Source of the DNA: an uncultured bacterium
GTDB taxonomy: Bacteria; Chloroflexota; UBA5177; JANWHV01
Direction: 5' to 3'
Assembly: GCA_963729625.1 (NCBI GenBank)
Contig: CAVSOU010000011.1
Coordinates: 384,001-448,000 of the forward strand
DNA length: 64,000 bases
Every line of letters begins with the position of its first letter. Position 1 is the stretch's first letter. The translations under genes and the position numbers were made by a program. This document shows, in pieces, positions 20,727 to 31,159 of the stretch. The notes beneath the pieces are model-generated. The model searched no databases and was not told the origin of the DNA. It saw only the letters and a program-made list of their open reading frames with translations.

Positions 20727-22042
20727 CCCGGGGAGCCGGCGCAGGCTGCCTCAAGGCGCGCGAAGAAATCGGGAAACGTCTTGGCTACGCAGCCAGGATC
20801 GGCGATCGATATCCCGCGAACTAGCAGCCCGGTGATGGCGAACGCCATGGCAATACGATGGTCGTCATAGGTCCGCACCTCCGCCCCATACAAGGCAGAA
20901 GGATGGATGACGAGGCCATCCGCGCGTTCCTCAACCTGCGCCCCCAAGCGACGCAGCTCGGTCGCGGTGGCGGCAATGCGGTCGGTCTCCTTCTCTCGTA
21001 TGTGGCCGATATTGCGGAGAGACACGGGACCGCGAGCGAAGGGAGCGATCGCGGCGACCGTCATCGTCGTATCAGACATCGCATTGAGGTCGACCTCGAT
21101 GCCGTCAAGCTGCGCTGGGCCGGTCAATTCGACGTCGTTGCCCACGGTCGCAACGTGACATCCCATCTGCTCGAACACGCCCAACAGGCCAAAGTCGCCC
21201 TGATCGCGAGCCAGCGCCAGGTTGCGAACGCGCACGTGGCCACCGGTCACGGCGGCGGCTGCAAGGAAGTACGACGCGCTGGACGCATCTGGAGCAATCT
21301 CGTAGTCGCAGGGCAGAAAGTGCTGTTCTGCCCGTACATGGTAGGCAGCCGGCCGGTCACGTGACGCATGGCTCGGATCACCGGAGACCGTCACGTCAAC
21401 ACCCCAGCTACTCATCATCGTGAGCGTCATCTCGACGTACGGCGCCGACGCGAGGAAGCTCTCGAGCCGCAGTATGGTACCGGACCGCGCGTACGGAGCG
21501 ACCATCAAGAGCGCGGACAGGAACTGCCCGCTCCGCCGGGCGTCGACCGTTGTCTCGCCACCGTTGAGCCCCGAGGCGTGCACTCGCACGGGCGGGCAGC
21601 CGTTTCGCATGATTGATTCGACGTTTCCGCCGAGCGCGTTGAGCGCTTCGAGGAGATCGCCGATCGGCCGCTGTCGCATCCGCGGCACGCCGTCCAGCAT
21701 ATAGTCGCCATGCCCGAGAGTGAGGAAGGCCGTGAGGAAACGGGCGGCGGTTCCCGCGTTTCCCACGAAGATCTCGGCGGTCTCAGTGGGAATCGAGCCG
21801 CCCGCGCCATCGACACGAATGGCTGACGCGCGCTCGTCCGCTTCCACGGCCACACCGAGCCGGCAGAGGGAGTCGACAAACACCCGGGAATCGTCGCTGA
21901 ACAGCGCCCCTCGAAGCACCGAGCTGCCGCGGGCGAGAGCGGCCAGTAGCAGGGCGCGATTTGTCTGGCTCTTGGAGCCCGGCACACTTACCGTCGCGTT
22001 GAACGGCTCCGTTAGCGGCTGCACGTGGTACGTCTCTGCCAT
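20723..22042 (-). CDS. aroA: 3-phosphoshikimate 1-carboxyvinyltransferase
   Basis: PGSKSQTNR, GNAGTAARF, RPIGDL, SGQFLSALL, DASSASY, KETDRI, DDHRIAM, KTFP. Confidence 0.97.
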   Translation of the reverse strand: MAETYHVQPLTEPFNATVSVPGSKSQTNRALLLAALARGSSVLRGALFSDDSRVFVDSLCRLGVAVEADERASAIRVDGAGGSIPTETAEIFVGNAGTAARFLTAFLTLGHGDYMLDGVPRMRQRPIGDLLEALNALGGNVESIMRNGCPPVRVHASGLNGGETTVDARRSGQFLSALLMVAPYARSGTILRLESFLASAPYVEMTLTMMSSWGVDVTVSGDPSHASRDRPAAYHVRAEQHFLPCDYEIAPDASSASYFLAAAAVTGGHVRVRNLALARDQGDFGLLGVFEQMGCHVATVGNDVELTGPAQLDGIEVDLNAMSDTTMTVAAIAPFARGPVSLRNIGHIREKETDRIAATATELRRLGAQVEERADGLVIHPSALYGAEVRTYDDHRIAMAFAITGLLVRGISIADPGCVAKTFPDFFARLEAACAGSPG

Positions 22043-22113
22043 CACCTCTACCGTGCATCGCATTCCATGGCGTCATTATCGCACATGGCGCGGGCCTCGC
22101 GCCCGTCGCTTCA

Positions 22114-22956
22114 TCATCGCAGGCCCTGGGCTTCGCCCCTTTCGCGCGATGCGATCCAGACGTATATTTCGTCGGAAGTACCGTCGACCAGGCCTTCTTC
22201 CGCCAGATCGTTAAGTGCAGCCAGCATCTCGGCCTTGGAAACGCCAAGGGCCTTGGCGAGCGGTGACGGGCGAGCGAAGGCAGCTTGCGGCAGGTAGTGC
22301 TCGAGAATCCGGCGGAGGGCCGCGTCGGGCAAGAGCTCCCCGGCGACAGCCACGTATTCCGGATAGTACGTGCTCACCAACACGTGCCGCATGTCTTCGT
22401 CCGCGTCGTCGAACACCTTCGCCACCAGCAACTTACCATCAAGCTCCGCCACAGCCCTCAGATAGGCGTTGCGCTGCGGCCTGCCGACCGGAAAGCCGGC
22501 AGCCTGGCGCAGCTCACCGGTGCCGAGCGGAGCGTCTGCCTCTTCCAGCACATGCGCAACACGATACGCATCGGACGACATGTCCCCGGTGCCGTAAATC
22601 TCATCTATGACCCGGAGATCGCCACGCAGGCACAGCACCGCGGGCAACAAGGACCACGCCACCCAGGTCGGGCGTTTCAACACGATCGCCGTGTAGAACC
22701 CGGCCTTTCGGCGGCCCAGCAGCCACCGCCACGTGTACACATCTCCGCTCGCGCTATCCCATTCAGACTGCACGCGCGTGTCAGGAGTGCCCGTAAAGGC
22801 GTGAAGGAGATTGGGCAGCTCGGGAGACGCGGGGTAGTGCGTGACGATTCCCAGCCGATCGATGAGACCCGCCGCGCCGTCAGGATGTGTACAGCTCGAC
22901 TCAGGTGTTTGGCCCCAGTTGAAGCGCCGCGTCCGCTCAAGATCCTGCAGGTCCAT
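22114..22956 (-). CDS. Hypothetical protein, AlkZ/YcaQ-related winged-helix DNA-binding family (tentative)
   Basis: Coding-like 280-aa ORF with RBS; HTH-like segments (LGTGELRQAAG, LAKALGVSKAEMLAALNDL); family call by resemblance only. Confidence 0.5.
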   Translation of the reverse strand: MDLQDLERTRRFNWGQTPESSCTHPDGAAGLIDRLGIVTHYPASPELPNLLHAFTGTPDTRVQSEWDSASGDVYTWRWLLGRRKAGFYTAIVLKRPTWVAWSLLPAVLCLRGDLRVIDEIYGTGDMSSDAYRVAHVLEEADAPLGTGELRQAAGFPVGRPQRNAYLRAVAELDGKLLVAKVFDDADEDMRHVLVSTYYPEYVAVAGELLPDAALRRILEHYLPQAAFARPSPLAKALGVSKAEMLAALNDLAEEGLVDGTSDEIYVWIASRERGEAQGLR

Positions 22957-23126
22957 TCGTGCCGCCCCTCTCGCTCACACACGCAGCATAGCAGGACCTA
23001 CCACGGAACAGAGCGCCGGAATGATGATATCCCGAGTTTCGCGGGTTGGATCATCGTCCACGAATGAGGCACCGGTCAGGCCACCGCGAGGGCGACGACG
23101 CCTTGAATCGCAGGAAAGGTATATCA

Positions 23127-23261
23127 TGCCAGACCAAGGCTGCCGCACTGAGGCACGCGCAGCTAGCGTTGATCCAAGCCGCGGACGACACGGGCCGGGA
23201 TGTCAGTGGATCATTCGTCTGGGCGCCGTTCAAGCTGATAGGAGACGCGGGCGTGTTATAA
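23127..23261 (+). pseudogene. C-terminal remnant of a CHAT (caspase-like) domain gene
   Basis: KAAALRHAQLALI...WAPFKLIGD* is the typical CHAT C-terminal signature; no upstream CHAT coding sequence or catalytic His/Cys. Confidence 0.7.
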
Positions 23262-23312
23262 ACGGCGCGGCGGCGTATCGCTCACGCGCGATTGTGTAAG
23301 GAGGAAGAGTAC

Positions 23313-24980
23313 GTGATGCAGGCACTGGGAAGAATCGACACGATCGACCTCAGCCCGATGGCAACGGTGGATCCGGTGGAACACCCTGAACTGCAAGTTG
23401 AAGAACGCACGCATCTCCCTGACGAGATACTCCTGACCTTCGTGGATACAAAGGGCAGAGCCGCGTTCGAGGACCGGCGCGTGCAATCACTGCTCGATCG
23501 CGTCAAGCAGCTCGCCGGCATCGAGCTGGACCACATCGCGGGCGTGAAGCCACGCGGCGACGTGCCAGTTCCCAACATTGCCGGGGCGCCGCTTACGGCA
23601 CGGTTTCGGATGCAGCGAAGCGCCCGCACGGGAACGCAACGCGAACGCGTGAAAGACGTTGTAGACACGATAAACGCGACATTGCATACGCTCGAATACC
23701 AGGGCGTTATTGTATCTTCGGCCTCGCCGAACTGGATCGTCAGCAGCGCCGGCGGGCATGGCTCGCCGATGGGCGGTTCGGGCACGATGCCGTATCCGGC
23801 TCCAGCCGGACAATGGTCGCTCAAGGTTCCGGAGGTCGTAGCTTGGGACGTCGACTCAAATGGTTGGCCCCTTGCAGGCGACGAGCGCGTCATCGTGGCG
23901 GTCCTGGACAGCTCACCCGGACGCCGTGCCCTGGCTGATGCCGCGAAGCGACCAGTACTCAAGGACAACGCGCTGCTCCAGGAGATGGCCGGCGGCGACG
24001 TGATCGTGGAGTGGGATCGCTTCGCACCGTCACAGGACATGCAGCCGCGAGAGTTGGATCCGCAACGCCCTGCTCGCGAGGCGGACCACGGTCTGTTCGT
24101 GGCAGGCATCATCCACCGCATCGCCCCCCTCGCGGAGATTCATCTTCTTCACGTGCTCGATAGCTCCGGGCTCGGGCACATCCATCTCCTGTTTGATGCG
24201 CTCGACCATTGTCTGGCTCTGGCACATTCCGGCCGGCGCATCGTGGTCAACATGAGTATGTACCTGTCAATTCCCCCGGGGACCGAGTTGTGGAGCCACT
24301 GGTTCGGAGCCGATGCGTCGCGCGTTTGCGCGCATCTGGATACCGCGGCAAACCAGATCGAGGCCCTGGACGAGGCAGTCGAGCAGCGCGTGGAACTGCT
24401 ACTCGATGCCGGCGCCGTCATAGTCGCCGCCGCAGGCAACGATGCCCTCCAGTTGCGTGGGAGAAGAGTGATCCATGATGCAGTCCACCCGCAGCCCAGA
24501 CTGCCCGCGGACTACGATGGCGTGATCTGCACGGTAGCAGCCAATCGTGCTGGCAGGATCGCCGCCTACTCGAATCGAGCGGACATACCTGCGACCGGGA
24601 ACTGCGTGGCTACCTACGGCGGCGACGGGAAAGCCGACGGCAGGGTCGTCATCGTGCCGCCTGGCACTCCACGCGACGGCATGGTGAGTCTGTATACGGA
24701 GGTCGATGTGCCGACCGGAATAGACACGTTCGAGCCGAACTTGACCGGGTGGGTCTACTGGTCCGGCACGTCGTTTGCTACTCCGGTCATTAGCGGCATG
24801 GCTGCCAACGTGCTGGCGGAGAATTTGCTCGCCAGGAGAGCGAACAGAAACCTGCCGTTGACAACGCAGCGGCAGGTACTGACTGCGATTCTCAGCCATG
24901 CAGATCCTCCTGCAGAGACGGATCTTGCTCTCGGTTGCCCGCACGTTCCCGTAACGTTATCGCAGTGGGCGGCAGGCTAG
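23313..24980 (+). CDS. S8 (subtilisin-like) serine peptidase without signal peptide
   Basis: Triad motifs VAVLDS, DHGLFVAGII, WSGTSFATP; oxyanion AAAGND; RBS AAGGAGG at 23298. Confidence 0.9.
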   Translation: MMQALGRIDTIDLSPMATVDPVEHPELQVEERTHLPDEILLTFVDTKGRAAFEDRRVQSLLDRVKQLAGIELDHIAGVKPRGDVPVPNIAGAPLTARFRMQRSARTGTQRERVKDVVDTINATLHTLEYQGVIVSSASPNWIVSSAGGHGSPMGGSGTMPYPAPAGQWSLKVPEVVAWDVDSNGWPLAGDERVIVAVLDSSPGRRALADAAKRPVLKDNALLQEMAGGDVIVEWDRFAPSQDMQPRELDPQRPAREADHGLFVAGIIHRIAPLAEIHLLHVLDSSGLGHIHLLFDALDHCLALAHSGRRIVVNMSMYLSIPPGTELWSHWFGADASRVCAHLDTAANQIEALDEAVEQRVELLLDAGAVIVAAAGNDALQLRGRRVIHDAVHPQPRLPADYDGVICTVAANRAGRIAAYSNRADIPATGNCVATYGGDGKADGRVVIVPPGTPRDGMVSLYTEVDVPTGIDTFEPNLTGWVYWSGTSFATPVISGMAANVLAENLLARRANRNLPLTTQRQVLTAILSHADPPAETDLALGCPHVPVTLSQWAAG

Positions 24981-25067
24981 GGAGCAGCACCGCCTCGGCG
25001 ATGAGAGCCCCTGCCATGACCTATCACCCACTCTTGCGGGTACTCGGTCAGGCCGGAGCGACCTTTT

Positions 25068-25625
25068 TCAGACCGTGATTGAAAAGTGGGAGAACGTCGC
25101 AGTGAAGCTGTAGTCTCCCGGCGCGCAACAGAGCAGCCCCACTTGGACCTTCTGGTCAGTCAGCGTGCACTGGCGTGCCAGCGCATAGACCGTGCCGTCG
25201 CTGGAGAAGGAGACGGCCAGCTCCCGTCCCATGCGCTGCAGGCGAATCCACACCGTCTCCCACGCCGCGATCTGACCAAGCGCCCAGTCCGATGTCTCGC
25301 GTGTCACCACAGCGCTGAGGCGCGGCGAGCCTTCGAAGAACTCCACACCCGCTTTCAGCCATAGTGACTCGTCGGCACATGCAATCAACCCGGCCTGGTC
25401 GTACTGATGGACGTAGGAGCCGCGCACCGCTACCACTGCCGTGAAGTCGCCGGACACGTCGATCCCGTAGGCGTGGCCGGTGTGGCGAGCGCCCCCATCA
25501 TGGGTCAGCCGCCAGAAATCCGTCCGCGGATTTGCCACAATCACTACGCTACCGTCCGGCCCACGGCGCCAGTCACGTGGCTCATTGAGCCAGTATCCTG
25601 CATCCCAAGTGCGCTGGTCGATCAT
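25068..25625 (-). CDS. DUF1349 (Ree1-like, concanavalin-fold) protein
   Basis: WLNEP, TDFWR, YDQAGL, WLKAGVE, SAVVT..SDW motifs. Confidence 0.85.
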   Translation of the reverse strand: MIDQRTWDAGYWLNEPRDWRRGPDGSVVIVANPRTDFWRLTHDGGARHTGHAYGIDVSGDFTAVVAVRGSYVHQYDQAGLIACADESLWLKAGVEFFEGSPRLSAVVTRETSDWALGQIAAWETVWIRLQRMGRELAVSFSSDGTVYALARQCTLTDQKVQVGLLCCAPGDYSFTATFSHFSITV

Positions 25626-25909
25626 TTCGGCACTCTCCCTTCACGTGCTGCTGACGCGCATTGTGCACGGCACGCTCATGCCGTCGCCATGTCTGCCCTG
25701 ACCTGATACCGACACCGGTCCTGCCGGAGTGTGCCGTTGCGCCAAGCTGTGCCATCTGACAGGACCAGACGCCCTTCGCGTACAAATCTGTCAGCCTGAG
25801 CGTATTCAATCAGCCGGACCGAGGGGTAGTATGTGCTAACTACCGCTGCCCATCCAGGGCGGGCAACACGCCGAGCCGGTCAAGCGGCACGGCCGGCCTC
25901 ACGGAACGT

Positions 25910-26587
25910 TTACCCGCGCCCTTCAAGGGCGTAGTTCGACTCACGCAACATGGAAGCTGTCACGTCAAGCAACGAATCAAGGACCCTGTCCGCGATTGCG
26001 AAGAACCGATGATCGCACAATCCCTCACCGGGGACAGCATAGCAAACCATCTTCGCTGCTTTTGCCGCGAGGACTCCATAGGGCGAGTCCTCGAAGGCGA
26101 GGCAACGGTCCGGTGCGATTCCCAGCCGCTCGGCAGCTGTCAAAAAGACTCCCGGATGCGGTTTGCCGTTTGGCTCGTCCTCGGCCGAATGTACCAGCTT
26201 GAAGCGATCCGCGATCTGCAGCTTGTTGAGTGTTTGGTTGATGAGGGCCAGAGGCGAAGACGATGCGACTGCCATAGGAAGCCCTTCTCTCGCGCACAGA
26301 TCCAGCACCTCTAGCGCACCCGGTCGAGCCTGGCAACGCTCTGCGATAAGGTCACCCATCCTCTTGAGAACCAAGGCTAGCACATCGGACCTCGACGGAT
26401 CGCGCCAAGGATACCGCGAGTACCAATGGCTCACCGTTTCGTTGGGACGAAGGCCGGCGGTCTCCTTGGTCATGGAGGGCGTAAGCGCTACACCGACCGA
26501 CCCGAGTACATCAGTCTCCGCTACTCCCCAGAGCCACTCGGTGTCGGCCAGGAGACCATCTAGGTCGAAGATCACTGCGCTGATCAA
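25910..26587 (-). CDS. HAD-IA phosphatase, hexitol/2-deoxyglucose-6-phosphatase (HxpB/YniC-like)
   Basis: FDLDGLLADTE, ASSS, GKPHP, AFEDS..G..AAKAA. Confidence 0.85.
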   Translation of the reverse strand: MISAVIFDLDGLLADTEWLWGVAETDVLGSVGVALTPSMTKETAGLRPNETVSHWYSRYPWRDPSRSDVLALVLKRMGDLIAERCQARPGALEVLDLCAREGLPMAVASSSPLALINQTLNKLQIADRFKLVHSAEDEPNGKPHPGVFLTAAERLGIAPDRCLAFEDSPYGVLAAKAAKMVCYAVPGEGLCDHRFFAIADRVLDSLLDVTASMLRESNYALEGRG

Positions 26588-26747
26588 TCCTCACGGTCCT
26601 TCTCTGTGTCGGTAGTCGTTGTGGAACTCCTGAATACGGCAGCCCGAATGCGCATCGTTCGCCCCAGTTCGCTCCACGCACGCACAGCGGTCGTACCGCC
26701 GCACGCCGACGTACCGGAAGAACCGTTCCCAACCGGCCGGCGGCCCG

Positions 26748-28103
26748 TCAGACCATCGACTCCACTTCGTGCAGCGCCTTTCCGAGTATCGACACGATGC
26801 GGTCAGCCTGTTCGATGGTGAGCACAAGGGGCGGCGACAGGATGATGCAGTCGTTATCCGACCGGCAGAGCAACCCTAGTTTGGTGGCACGGTCACGCAC
26901 TTTGACGCCGATTTCCTGATCGGGATCGAAGCGCTGCCCACTGGCCTTGTCCCGCACCAACTCAATACCGAGCAGCAAGCCCTTGCCACGCACTTCTCCG
27001 ACCAAGGGTGACACCAGCAGCTGCTGCAACTGGTCAAGCAAGTGCTGCCCGACCCGCGCCGCGTTCTCGACCAACCCTTCGCGCTCAATGATGTCGAGGT
27101 TCACGAGCGCGGCCTGACAACCCGCGGGATGGCCGGAAAAAGTTTGGCCGTGCTGGAAGTACTGACCGCGGAACGTCTCCGCTATAGCGCGGGTAGTGAT
27201 CGTAGCGGAAATAGGCTGGTACCCGCTCGAAAGGCCCTTGGCCACCGTCATGATATCGGGAGTCACGCCCCAGTGCTCACACGCGAACATCTTGCCGGTC
27301 CGTCCAAAGCCTGTGAGCACTTCGTCGATGATCAGCAGGATGCCATGTCTGTCGCAGATCTCTCGCACACGCGGGAGATAATCATCCGGTGGAATGACCA
27401 CGCCGAGAGCGGCCATGATCGGGTCCACAATGATTGCCGCGATGGTCTCTGGACGCTCGAACTCGATGGCCTCCTCTATGGCCCGAAGGGGAGCATCGCA
27501 GCAGGTCTCATGCTGCGTGCGATAGCGGCAGTGTGTGCAGTCTGGCGGTGTAACATGGATAAAGCCGGGGACCATCGGCTCGAAGGGCGCGCGGCGCAAC
27601 GGGACGCCCGTCGCACTCAGGGCGCCCATCGTCACGCCGTGGAACGCACCCTTGCGGCTGATGATTTTGGTACGGGCGCGCTGGCCCCGAATGCCGTGGT
27701 ACTGGCGGGCTATCTTGATAGCGACTTCAACAGCCTCGGATCCACTATTGGTGAAGTTCACCACATTGAGGGCACCCGGACAAATCGCCGCGAGCCGTGT
27801 TGCCAGCTCAATAGCGGGTGGGTTGGCAAATCCAAAAAGCGAATAGAAATCGAGTGTGCGCAGTTGAGCGCCTACGGCGTCGGCAATCTCCGTGCGACCA
27901 TGCCCGACCTGAGTGGTAAACAGTCCGGCCAGTCCATCAATGTATTCGCGGCCCTGCACATCGCGGACAATGGCTCCATGCCCTTCGGCAATGACATACA
28001 GGCCGCGCTCTTGAATGCGCTGCATATCGGTGAATTGCAACCAAAGATGCTCGACTGCCAGCTCTTGCAGAGACGGGGCTGTTGGCTCCATTGATGTGGT
28101 CAT
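26748..28103 (-). CDS. Class III PLP-dependent aminotransferase
   Basis: YIDGLAGL, NSGSEAVE, FHG.T, DEVLTGFGRTG, PDIMTVAKG, HGQTFSGHP. Confidence 0.93.
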   Translation of the reverse strand: MTTSMEPTAPSLQELAVEHLWLQFTDMQRIQERGLYVIAEGHGAIVRDVQGREYIDGLAGLFTTQVGHGRTEIADAVGAQLRTLDFYSLFGFANPPAIELATRLAAICPGALNVVNFTNSGSEAVEVAIKIARQYHGIRGQRARTKIISRKGAFHGVTMGALSATGVPLRRAPFEPMVPGFIHVTPPDCTHCRYRTQHETCCDAPLRAIEEAIEFERPETIAAIIVDPIMAALGVVIPPDDYLPRVREICDRHGILLIIDEVLTGFGRTGKMFACEHWGVTPDIMTVAKGLSSGYQPISATITTRAIAETFRGQYFQHGQTFSGHPAGCQAALVNLDIIEREGLVENAARVGQHLLDQLQQLLVSPLVGEVRGKGLLLGIELVRDKASGQRFDPDQEIGVKVRDRATKLGLLCRSDNDCIILSPPLVLTIEQADRIVSILGKALHEVESMV

Positions 28104-28223
28104 GGCGACTACACTCCTTTGCCTGTACCTGCGACTGCTCCGCAGCGCCGAGCGGCAACCGCGGGCCTCGGGGATTTGATTGGGCGCGGAAACTCGCCGG
28201 TCACCCAGACACCATACGCTTCG

Positions 28224-28295
28224 TGTAGATCATTTGCATCGAGAAATCAATTACACGCATGGTGTATCCTAATCCCGCACGTTTCACACTGTCAA
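28224..28295 (-). promoter_or_regulatory. sigma70 promoter with tandem LacI-type operators
   Basis: Minus-strand TTGACA (28295-28290), N18, TAGGAT (28271-28266); then TGTAATTGATTTCT (28255-28242) and TGCAAATGATCTACA (28238-28224). Confidence 0.65.
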
Positions 28296-28363
28296 GTCGC
28301 TGGAAGGTGGTGACGTGGTCGCGTGTCGTGCCTGGCCCGCCGAAAGCGCGGCCCGCCGGCCCC

Positions 28364-29404
28364 TTATGTGAGAACGGCTGCAGGAGGAGGCGCGCAGGAG
28401 TCGCGAACTACTAGCCGCGGCGGCAGCGTGATGATATGCCTGCTGGGGCGGCCCTCCTTGATCTGATTCAGCAACAAGCCGACCGACTCTCGACCGATGC
28501 CCGCTTTGTCGGTTGCCACGGTAGTCAGTCGGGGGCTAAGGAATGAAGCGATCAATGTATCGTCGAAGCCCAGCACGCTCAAGTCTGCAGGTATTGCCAG
28601 GCCGCGTTCCTGCGCGGACCGATAAGCGCCCATAGCCATCAGATCACTATAGGTAACGATCGCGGTCGGCCGCGGCCCGTCGAGCAGAGTGCCGCTCACC
28701 GCATAGGCCCCTTCAACGGTGACCTCAGCATGAACCAGCAGATCGTCGCGCCGGAGGCCGGCTTCCTCTGTCGCCCGCAGATAGGCGGCGATCATGCGCG
28801 GATTGGGCAGCAGCTCGGGCGGCGCGGCGATAAAGGCGACCGCCCGATGACCAAGGCCGATCAGGTATTTTGTAGCGTCGTAGATGCCGGAGTCGGGCTC
28901 CGTGAGCACGGCACTGACGCGGGCGTATGGTTCCACCTCAGTATCCATCAGGACAAAGGGCACTTCACGATGAGTGAGTAGCTTGATCGCCTTGCGAGGA
29001 ATGCCTGCCGCCATGAGCAGCACACCATCGACATGGCGGCGAACCAAATCCAACAAAAGCCGCTCCTCGCGGTCGCGACTATAATCGGAGTCGCAGAGTA
29101 CAAGATTGTAGCCGGCCTCCGCAGCCACGCGCTGCGCAACCTTCGTGATCTCGGCATAAAAGGGGTTGGCAATATCAGGGACAACCAGTCCAATTGTCAG
29201 TGTTTCATTGGTTCGCAGAGCACGGGCCAGCACGTTCGGCTCATAATCAAGTGCGACCATTGCTTCCCGCACGCGCGACGCTGTGGCCTCGGTAATGGCG
29301 CGGTTGCCGGCAAGTACGCGCGACACAGTCGCCACGGACACTCCAGTAGCGTCCGCGACATCCTTCAAGGTCACCTTGCTGTTCCAGCGACGTTTCGCTC
29401 GCAT
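28364..29404 (-). CDS. LacI-family transcriptional regulator
   Basis: HTH TLKDVADATGVSVATVSRVL, NPFY, LGFDD, LTTV; start 29404 or 29410. Confidence 0.95.
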   Translation of the reverse strand: MRAKRRWNSKVTLKDVADATGVSVATVSRVLAGNRAITEATASRVREAMVALDYEPNVLARALRTNETLTIGLVVPDIANPFYAEITKVAQRVAAEAGYNLVLCDSDYSRDREERLLLDLVRRHVDGVLLMAAGIPRKAIKLLTHREVPFVLMDTEVEPYARVSAVLTEPDSGIYDATKYLIGLGHRAVAFIAAPPELLPNPRMIAAYLRATEEAGLRRDDLLVHAEVTVEGAYAVSGTLLDGPRPTAIVTYSDLMAMGAYRSAQERGLAIPADLSVLGFDDTLIASFLSPRLTTVATDKAGIGRESVGLLLNQIKEGRPSRHIITLPPRLVVRDSCAPPPAAVLT

Positions 29405-29445
29405 GTCCATCCCCTGCTGCCGCGCTGCAACCTTCAAGACGCGGG

Positions 29446-29515
29446 TTGACAAGCAATCCTTGATAGTATATCGTACGACTGCGGTGTAATGGATTGCATG
29501 GTGCAAAGGACTGCA
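29446..29515 (+). promoter_or_regulatory. sigma70 promoter with tandem LacI-type operators
   Basis: TTGACA (29446-29451), N17, TATCGT (29469-29474); TGTAATGGATTGCA (29485-29498) and TGCAAAGGACTGCA (29502-29515). Confidence 0.7.
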
Positions 29516-29521
29516 AGCACG

Positions 29522-30859
29522 ATGATAGACGCCACTGAAGTGCTCCCAAATATCTCGGAAGAAGATCTTCGCGCAGGACAGCGCGCGCTTATGAGCGGCT
29601 GGACACCGGATGAAAAACCGCTGGTGATGGTGCGCGGTAAAGGATCGTTTCTCTGGGACAGTGCAGGTAGGCGCTACCTTGACTGCATCTCGCAGGCCTG
29701 GAGTCTCAACGTCGGTCACTGCCACCCACGCGTTCTTGCCGCGGCTGAGCGTCAGGCCCGCGAGATCACCCAGGTTCGCAGTAACTACGGCAATGCCCCT
29801 ACACTCCTGCTTGCGAAACGGCTCGCCGAGCTCACTCCCGGGAAACTCAAGCGTTTCGCCTTTTCCTTGCACGGCAGCACGGCGGTTGAGACGGCGATAA
29901 AGCTGGCGATGATCAATCGTCCCGGCGGTGGAGCCTTCATCACCCTGTACGATGGCTACCATGGTCGCACGATGGCCACGATGGCGCTGAGCTGGCCGCA
30001 CCCGAACAACCGCTTCGCCGCGTTTCAGCGGGATTCTGTGCGCGTCCCTCAGGCCTATTGCTATCGGTGTCCCTTACACCTGCAGTACCCATCGTGCGGC
30101 ATTGCATGTGCGGAGCTCGTGCGGGATACCATTCGCCACGCGGTTACCGGCAAGCCCACAGCCCTCGTCATGGAGCCCATTCAGGGTAACGGCGCACAGC
30201 TCGACTTTCCTCGGGAGTATCTCCATGCTATTCGCCAGATCTGCGATGAAGAAGGTGTGCTGCTGATTTGGGATGAGATTCAAACAGCGTTCGGGCGCAT
30301 CCCAGCCATGTTTGCCGCCGACTACTATAGCGTGGTGCCCGACATCATGGTGTTCGGCAAAGCGCTGGGCGGCGGTTACCCACTTGCTGGGGTAGCAGTC
30401 CGGAATGATCTGACGGAGTTTGCGGCTGGCGAAGATGCGCTGACGTTTGGGCACTTCCCTGTCTCGGCCGCCGCCGCGCTCGCGACACTCGATATCCTCG
30501 AGGAAGAGGGAGTGTTCGAAAACTGTGCAAAGCAAGGCGCGTACATCACTGCCAAGTTGCTTGAGCTGCAAGAACACTATCCCTTGATCGGCAACGTACG
30601 TGGACCCGGTCTGGCGATTGGAATCGAGCTGGTGCGCGATCGTCAGACCAAGGAACCGGCGCGGGAAGAGGCGCATGCGTTCTACGAGCTGGGCATGGAG
30701 CGAGGTGTAATCTTTGGGACCACCCGTTATGCTGGACTCGGCAACGTCGTCAAGATCAAGCCACCGGCGACGATTACGCGCGAGGAAGCGGACCTGGCGC
30801 TGGCGGCCTTCGAGGACGTATTGAAGGAAGTGTCGAAGCACAGTGTTGCGCGCCATTAG
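29522..30859 (+). CDS. Class III PLP-dependent aminotransferase
   Basis: YLDCISQ, HGSTAVE, YHGRT, EPIQG, DEIQTAFGR, PDIMVFGKALGGG; start trimmed to lie downstream of the operators. Confidence 0.92.
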   Translation: MIDATEVLPNISEEDLRAGQRALMSGWTPDEKPLVMVRGKGSFLWDSAGRRYLDCISQAWSLNVGHCHPRVLAAAERQAREITQVRSNYGNAPTLLLAKRLAELTPGKLKRFAFSLHGSTAVETAIKLAMINRPGGGAFITLYDGYHGRTMATMALSWPHPNNRFAAFQRDSVRVPQAYCYRCPLHLQYPSCGIACAELVRDTIRHAVTGKPTALVMEPIQGNGAQLDFPREYLHAIRQICDEEGVLLIWDEIQTAFGRIPAMFAADYYSVVPDIMVFGKALGGGYPLAGVAVRNDLTEFAAGEDALTFGHFPVSAAAALATLDILEEEGVFENCAKQGAYITAKLLELQEHYPLIGNVRGPGLAIGIELVRDRQTKEPAREEAHAFYELGMERGVIFGTTRYAGLGNVVKIKPPATITREEADLALAAFEDVLKEVSKHSVARH

Positions 30860-31159
30860 TCCGACGGAATAGGGCCCCAACATGCGTGCGGGCCCCGCGT
30901 TGCTCTCTCGCTTGAGTGCCGTACCTCAAGGAACGGAGGTGCCGAAAGCCCAGCGGCCCTTGCGTGCGTTGCGTGTAGTCGTTGCCGATACGTGCACGGC
31001 AGTGCGTGCAACAATGGGTAGGATGCGGAAACCCGGTTCGCTGATGCTTCATAGCGGCACCCGAGCGTGTCGTCGGGGAAGGAGGTGAAGTCAGGCAACA
31101 GGCATCCATCCACCTCTCAGATTTATGACACGGAAATACTGAAGGAGAAGCGCTTCAAG

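Noticed and set aside
25690-25900. TPP- or FMN-like words (ACCTGAT, CAGGGCGGG) and small hairpins
   Set aside because: Remaining consensus missing, and wrong orientation for the flanking minus-strand genes
29411-30001. N-terminal extension of the second LacI ORF (545 aa in the track)
   Set aside because: Antisense shadow of the aminotransferase; the HTH starts right after 29404
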